A stretch of 64,000 nt of DNA, from the NCBI RefSeq assembly GCF_009914755.1, contig NC_060929.1; one strand, 5' to 3'. Shown in pieces: positions 58,073 to 64,000 of the stretch. The notes below the pieces were generated by a model, which worked only from the letters and a program-made list of their open reading frames with translations, was not told where the DNA came from and did no database searches. The DNA comes from the human T2T-CHM13v2.0 reference genome, Homo sapiens. The number at the start of each line of letters is the position of its first letter. Position 1 is the first letter of the stretch. A program made the position numbers and the translations under genes.

Positions 58073-58539
58073 CAATTTGTTTTTGGTATTTCAATGCAGC
58101 CTGGCCAGAGCTGTAGCAGCTTTCAATTCTATGCCTGCCATAGGTTTATACGAGGTACATGAAGATTTATAGTGGCCACAAATTCCTATTTTCTCATTGT
58201 CTTTGTCTTTGAATTTAGCACAAAAGAGTGAGAGAAGAGGTTCAGAAAACTAATAGATTGGTTGGAATTTCCATCCAGCACAGCGGAGAGAACACAGCTC
58301 CCAAATCTCTTTGGAGAGATTAGAGGAACTAGTGGGTGTGAGAGTAGAGGAACACTAAGAAAGCAAGTCTCATATTAAGTGTTTTGAAGATGAGGACATT
58401 TTTCCCTATAGTCTAACAAGTATCTACTTCAAAGTCATATGTACACCCAGTGCTGATAGAGACAAGCCATGCATTTGTCTTGTCTCCTTCATCTGAACTC
58501 TCTGGGACTCTGACCTCCCTTGTCAGGGAATCAAAGTGA

Positions 58540-58782
58540 ATGGCGGTTGAGAGGATGGGCTCTGAGGTCAGACCACCTGGATTCAAATTCCAGCTCTGCC
58601 ACTTACTGGCTGATGACTTTGTGCAAGGAATTGGACCTTTGTGTGCTTCTATTTCCTCATCTGTAAAACAGAAAGGTGGGAGTAACCACAGTCTCTGTTC
58701 CAGAAGGTAACTGGGAAAACTAAATGTTCATACAACAGTGTAGCACTTGGCTCATGGTAAACACTCAATAAATTACAGCTAC
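58540..58782 (+). mobile_element. MIR SINE
   Basis: ttcaaattccagctctgccacttactggctg...tttcctcatctgtaaaa core. Confidence 0.75.
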
Positions 58783-60263
58783 TATTATATTATATCTGGT
58801 CTTCCCCAAAGTTTCCAAAGGCTGTGTTTATAGAAGGCATAGATTAAAAATAAGCCAATATATTTATGTTAATAGAATTATAAAATGAAATTTTAACAAC
58901 CCTACCACATGCTTACCATGGCTTCTGCTAATTAGCATTTTATAAAATTATGTTTCTTATTTTTAAATATTTTATTGCCATCTCAACCCTTGACTACAAA
59001 CTTGTTTGAATTACCTCTGATGCTCTTAAATCCCTAGTTAGCTTAAACTACTGCATTTTGATGCAGGGCTTAAAGACTATTTGTCAGACAGAAAAATCTT
59101 GGTTAGACACTGAAGGAAGGGAGAGAGAATTTTTTTTAAAAAGTCATACAATTGCCTAATTGAAAATGACCTACCCAGTTAAGTCTCATTTTACAGAAGA
59201 TGTTAGTGAAGCTCAGAGCAACTAGCTCAAGCAACACAGCCCTCAGAGAGCGGCCAAGACAGGGCCAGAGCCCAGGTCTCCTGACTCCTGGCTGGGTTGA
59301 CAGGCATCTCACCGCACTGTGTGGAGAGGCCCTTTCTCCCATCACTGTGCTCTAACACATCTGGAGCTCAGAAAACCACTTACTTCATTTCAGGCAAGAG
59401 CTTGACTTCCGAGATTTCATCTAGTTTCATAGAAGGCAACGTCCCAGAATTTCAGCTGGTAAACCAACCAAGAATTCCCAAAAGCTTTACCACTTAGCAA
59501 AGTCTGTTACAACCAGGATGAATTCAAATGAGCCATCAAGGGATTGTGGATTCCCAGGTTTCACAGTCAAGGTAAAGGCATTGATTTAAACTCAGTAGAA
59601 GGAACAAAAAAATGTATCACTTACAGAATACTCATTTCCACAAAGCTGTTTTCCCTGCAAAAGCTATGTTTCATCAGACGAAAACTCTAGAGGTAATAGT
59701 AGTAGCAGGGCTGATGGGGAAGGAGATGTGTAAGAATACAGCAGCTACTATGATATACCTGGTCTAGAAATAAGCTGTTAAAAATCAGAATTCTTGGTAA
59801 TATTCTCAGGACAGCTAATGAATAAATATCAACTAAATCAATCTATCTGAGCACTCGAGGGTGGGATTAAAAAGTATTATCAACAGAGGTAAATTTGAAC
59901 TGGGAAATAAACCCTCTGGAATAGGGAAAAAATATTTCATCAGTTTTTTCATGTGGTTCAAGTAACAAAGAATCTTGAAAGGGTTCACATGAACAAGCAG
60001 GAAATGCAAGTCTCCGATATATAGTCAGTATACTATCACACCCTGTTCTTATATCACACTTGTGACTTCTCCTTATTCTTTTGAACGACGGTTTTATGCT
60101 CTTTTCCTCTGTCTTGGAATTACTGAATTTTGAAATATCCACTGTTTTTTAGAATTGTGACTACCCGTGTATGTGTGTTTCCTGAACAGTAAGTTCACAG
60201 ATAAAGAATTGAGCACCTCAGAGCAACTGGTCCAAGGTAGGATATATGAAAGGCTTGGAGGGG

Positions 60264-60530
60264 GGCTGGGGCATGGTGGTTCACACCTGTAATCCCAGCA
60301 TTTTGGGAGGCTGAGGTGGGCAGATCACTTGAGGCCACAGGTCCGATACCAGCCTGGCCAACATGGCAAAACCTGGTCTTTACTAAAAATACAAAAAAAT
60401 TAGCCGGGCATGGTGGTGCACACCTGTAGTCTCAGCTACTTGGGAGGTTGAGGCACAAGAATTGTTTGAATCTGAAAGGCAGAGGTTGTGGTGAGCTTAA
60501 AAAAAAAAAAAAAGAAAAGAAAAGAAAAAA
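60264..60530 (+). mobile_element. Alu SINE with 3' deletion
   Basis: Alu dimer ending at gtgagc, then poly(A). Confidence 0.88.
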
Positions 60531-62489
60531 AATTCATGGAGGTGGACTAAGGTCAAACAACTAGTTAATGGCAGAATCATTAACTTTCAGTAGTCTTCAA
60601 AGTAGATATCAGAAGACAAGACCTAACAATTTTGTTTTCTTCTCAACAATTTTATGAAGTGAGATTAGCCTAATTTATTAATGATAAATGGAAGTTTTAA
60701 GAAGTTAAGTCTTTCATTCAAGTTATACAGCCAGAATATGGATGATATCCAGTGCCAAATTTGCGGAATTCTCTTGGGAGAAAATTTGGCAATAAGCATG
60801 AAAGGTCTTAGCTCAGAAAGCAACAAGAAATGTACACAAATATTTATATGGCATTTATATTCAAAAATTTATTCCAATATTATTCATAATAGTGAAGAAA
60901 AATAGAAACCAACAATAACAGCTATTATGCCGATGGAATATTATTCAGGCATCAAAAATCATGTTTTCAAGGAATATGTAATGACACAGAAAAAAATGTT
61001 TATAAATATGTCCACAAATGAAATAGTTGGGCTAAATAATCCCAACTTTGTTTTTTTTTTTTTAAAAAAACATACATATACATACATTTGCAAACATGAA
61101 CAGACATATAAAAAGATCTACGTCAAAATGTTAAATGTGAATACACTGAGTATTAGAATTATGAATGATTTTATCTTACTTGCACTTTAATTAAAAATTG
61201 AAAATGAATATTTAGTAATTTTATAATTCAAGAAAATGATAAAAATATATCATTTTTAAAAGAAATACCACAAACTTGCCCTGTACCACGGTATATCTAA
61301 AATGTTTGTATTTAAAAGGCTATTACCTATAAAAATATACTTCTTAGCAGAGAATGTCTCTTAAAGCTGACAATGATTGAGGTTTTACTATGTGCCAGGC
61401 ATATTTCACATATGTAACCTCACTTAATCCTTTAAAAATCCTATAAAATGGGGTTTATGATCACTTCATTCTAGAGAGAGAAAGTTTAGGGTCTGAGAGA
61501 GAAAAGTGTGACTTGTGGGAAGTGAGAAAGCCTAATCAAGGGCCAAGAAGCTTTTCTCTAAAGCTTCATACACAATCCCTATGTTAAACATACAGACAAA
61601 ACTTTGTTTCACACTGAACAATCTTTCTAAAGGCACAGCATACTATGCTTTTAGTTCAGAAGTTGATATTTGGTATACGATTGTTAAGATGTCTATAATT
61701 TGCTTTAAAATACTTCAGCACATGATGTATACTACGATAGTATGAGTGTTAGTTCAAGTTATACACTAGGTACAGCTAGATGCCCTAATGCAGGCCTCAC
61801 ATGCCAGAGGCTGTCTGTGAGCATTCTAATCAGCAACCTCGCTCTCCAGAAACTTCAGTCAGACACCAAAGGCTTTGATTATTAGCACAAGGAATGTTAA
61901 AATTGCAAATTTTCACTGGTAAAAATAATGGCTTGTTAACTAGCATAATGGATATTAGAAATGGACTGTCATTAACTCAATGAATGGAACTTAAGATACG
62001 TGGATTAGCTCAAAATTCTAAACGAGCACCCATCCTTGTGCCATCAGGGTGTAAGTCTCTATCTAGCAAGACCTTCACCCTCCAACTTTAGGGATGGCAT
62101 CCACAGTTTATGCCTAAATGGTCCCAGGGCCAGCTACTATATCAGAAGATTCTGGTTACCTGATGCTCTCTATAAAATAGCTGAATCCTGCCTTTGGAAT
62201 ATTGTCTGCTGTGCCTTCAGTGAGCTGTTCATGCAATTCATGGCCTGAGCACCCAAAAGGATGAAGACTTAAACTTACAGAACAGGTCAACTATTTTGTG
62301 CCTACTTATAAATAAATAACTAATAAATGTCACAATATATGTGTCACAGAAATTTCCATAAACTGTTAATGAGGTTTCTGGGATGCAGCTGACCCTCAGC
62401 AACCTCTCATTATAATCAATACCCAGTATATATCAAAAAGAACTTAATACTTATGCCTACAACTCAGCATACAGGTTGGATAAGGTCAG

Positions 62490-62979
62490 TGTGGCAGGCA
62501 GCTTCTGATGTGGCTCCTAGTGACCTGTGCCTCCTGGTATTTATGCCCCTGTGTAATCTCCTTTTTAGTGTGGGCTGTGACTTTCTTCTAATGAAAAGAA
62601 TACAGAAAATAAAAGGATGTCACTTCAATTAGTTTATAAAAAACTGTGATATTTCACCTTGGTAGCACTCTCTTGCTCTCACGCTCACTGCCACATTCTG
62701 AGATCATCTATACAGAGGCCCATGTGGCAAGGAACCAAGGGAGGCCCGCTGAATCCTACCAGCAACCATGTGAGTTTGGAGATGAAGCTTCCCCACTGAG
62801 CCTTCAGATGAGTTTGCAGCCCCAGCTAAAACCTTGATTACATCCCTGTGAAACCTTGAAACAGATCCAACTAAGCTGTGCCTAGACTCCTAATCTACAG
62901 AAACAGAGGTAATACATATGTGTTGTTTCAAGCTGCAAAGTTGGGGCAATTTGTTACACAGCAATAAATAACTAATACA
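62490..62979 (+). mobile_element. MLT1E/F MaLR LTR
   Basis: tgtggcaggcagcttct...gaggcccatgtggcaaggaac...ttgttacacagcaataaataactaataca. Confidence 0.75.
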
Positions 62980-63809
62980 GTTACTTTACAAAAATAATGC
63001 CACCAAATGTCTCAAGGTTTTTCAAATGCCTACTTGAACTACATTTGTAGTATCTCCACTTTTTTCTTGAGTCCCAGGAAATTATCTCCCACTACTAAAA
63101 TGGATTTCTATAAGGCTAAAATAACAAGCATACACCCCAAGGAAACTGCATATTCTGATTTCTTTAGCTGTAGCATGTCTAGGCCAGACCTTCTTAAAAG
63201 CGATGTTCAAATTGTTTGACTTGCCCGCATTGTTTCAGTGACAAATATTTCACACACTGTTGAATTCAATCGTTCTCTGCTTCAGCCTCCTGATCACAAT
63301 AAGAATAATGATGGAACTAATAATGGGGCCTTGCCAGGAGAGTGGCTGAAATAACAAATTATTTCATCACACATTGAAAATGTATTTCACAAACTCAAAA
63401 ACAAAAAACAAAACAAAACAAAACAAAAAACACGTCTATGCGATTGCATAATGAGAGCTCTGCATTTCCACAGCATTTGTAGTACTCTCTAAAGATTCAG
63501 ACAAACTAGGCTAAAAAAAGAATGCTTGCATAACAAGACTGTTATCACCCATGTTATCTCCTAAGCCTCCCCAGAGAAGCAAAATGTGGAATTTGTAAGC
63601 AACTATGTGGGGGTTCACCAAAACGTTCTTTTGCTTTGCGTTTGGAAATTTTTGGTTTGAGATTTTTGGGGAGTGGGAAGCTAGCAATTTTTTCACTTCA
63701 CACGGAAGATGTCAATTTGGAGGAGTAGAGACAAAAGCTCCCTAAATAGTATGCCCAAAATAGTAAATGGCATGCTGTCTCAACAGGGCAATATTGAAAA
63801 GAGGCAACA

Positions 63810-64000
63810 ATTTTTTTTTTTTTTGACATAGGGTCTCACTGTCACCCAGGCTAGGGTGCAGTGGTGCCATCACAGTTCACTGCAGCCTTTACCTCCCAGC
63901 TCAAGCAATCCTCCCACCTCAGCCCCCGGAGCAGCTGGGATTATAGGCATGCAACAACATGCCCAGATAATTGTTTTGGTTTTCTGTAGAGACGAGATCT
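63810..64000 (-). mobile_element. AluJ-like SINE (cut by window end)
   Basis: Poly(T) followed by reverse Alu right arm. Confidence 0.9.

Noticed and set aside
59867-60142. 91-aa minus-strand ORF
   Set aside because: GTG start, no convincing splice signals, no recognisable homology.

Overview
Primate (human-like) non-coding genomic DNA, dense in Alu, L1, MIR, MaLR/ERV LTRs and DNA transposons. No intact host protein-coding exon was recognised. The standout is a 3.4-kb minus-strand HERV-K14 (HML-1, LTR14-type) provirus at 3333-6701, with both LTRs, a Lys PBS and a PPT. Its gag-pro-pol is replaced by an intronless TRPC6 mRNA segment (about exons 6-9: S2 to S6, pore and TRP box). TRPC6 capture by HERV-K14I is a reported phenomenon. 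This copy additionally shows (i) two dense clusters of sense-strand A>G changes resembling fixed ADAR hyper-editing, (ii) a template-switch scar made of a duplicated viral leader/gag start plus an inverted TRPC6 piece, (iii) an unassigned ~180-bp insert and (iv) a hierarchical repeat with four IR1-like motifs. Also present: a full-length decayed L1PA8 nested in an older L1, a 1.6-kb AT-only palindrome-rich island, a near-full-length Hsmar2 mariner, several solo LTRs with TSDs and a few candidate minus-strand exons. Repeat subfamily names, TRPC6 codons and exon numbers are recalled from memory, not from a database search.
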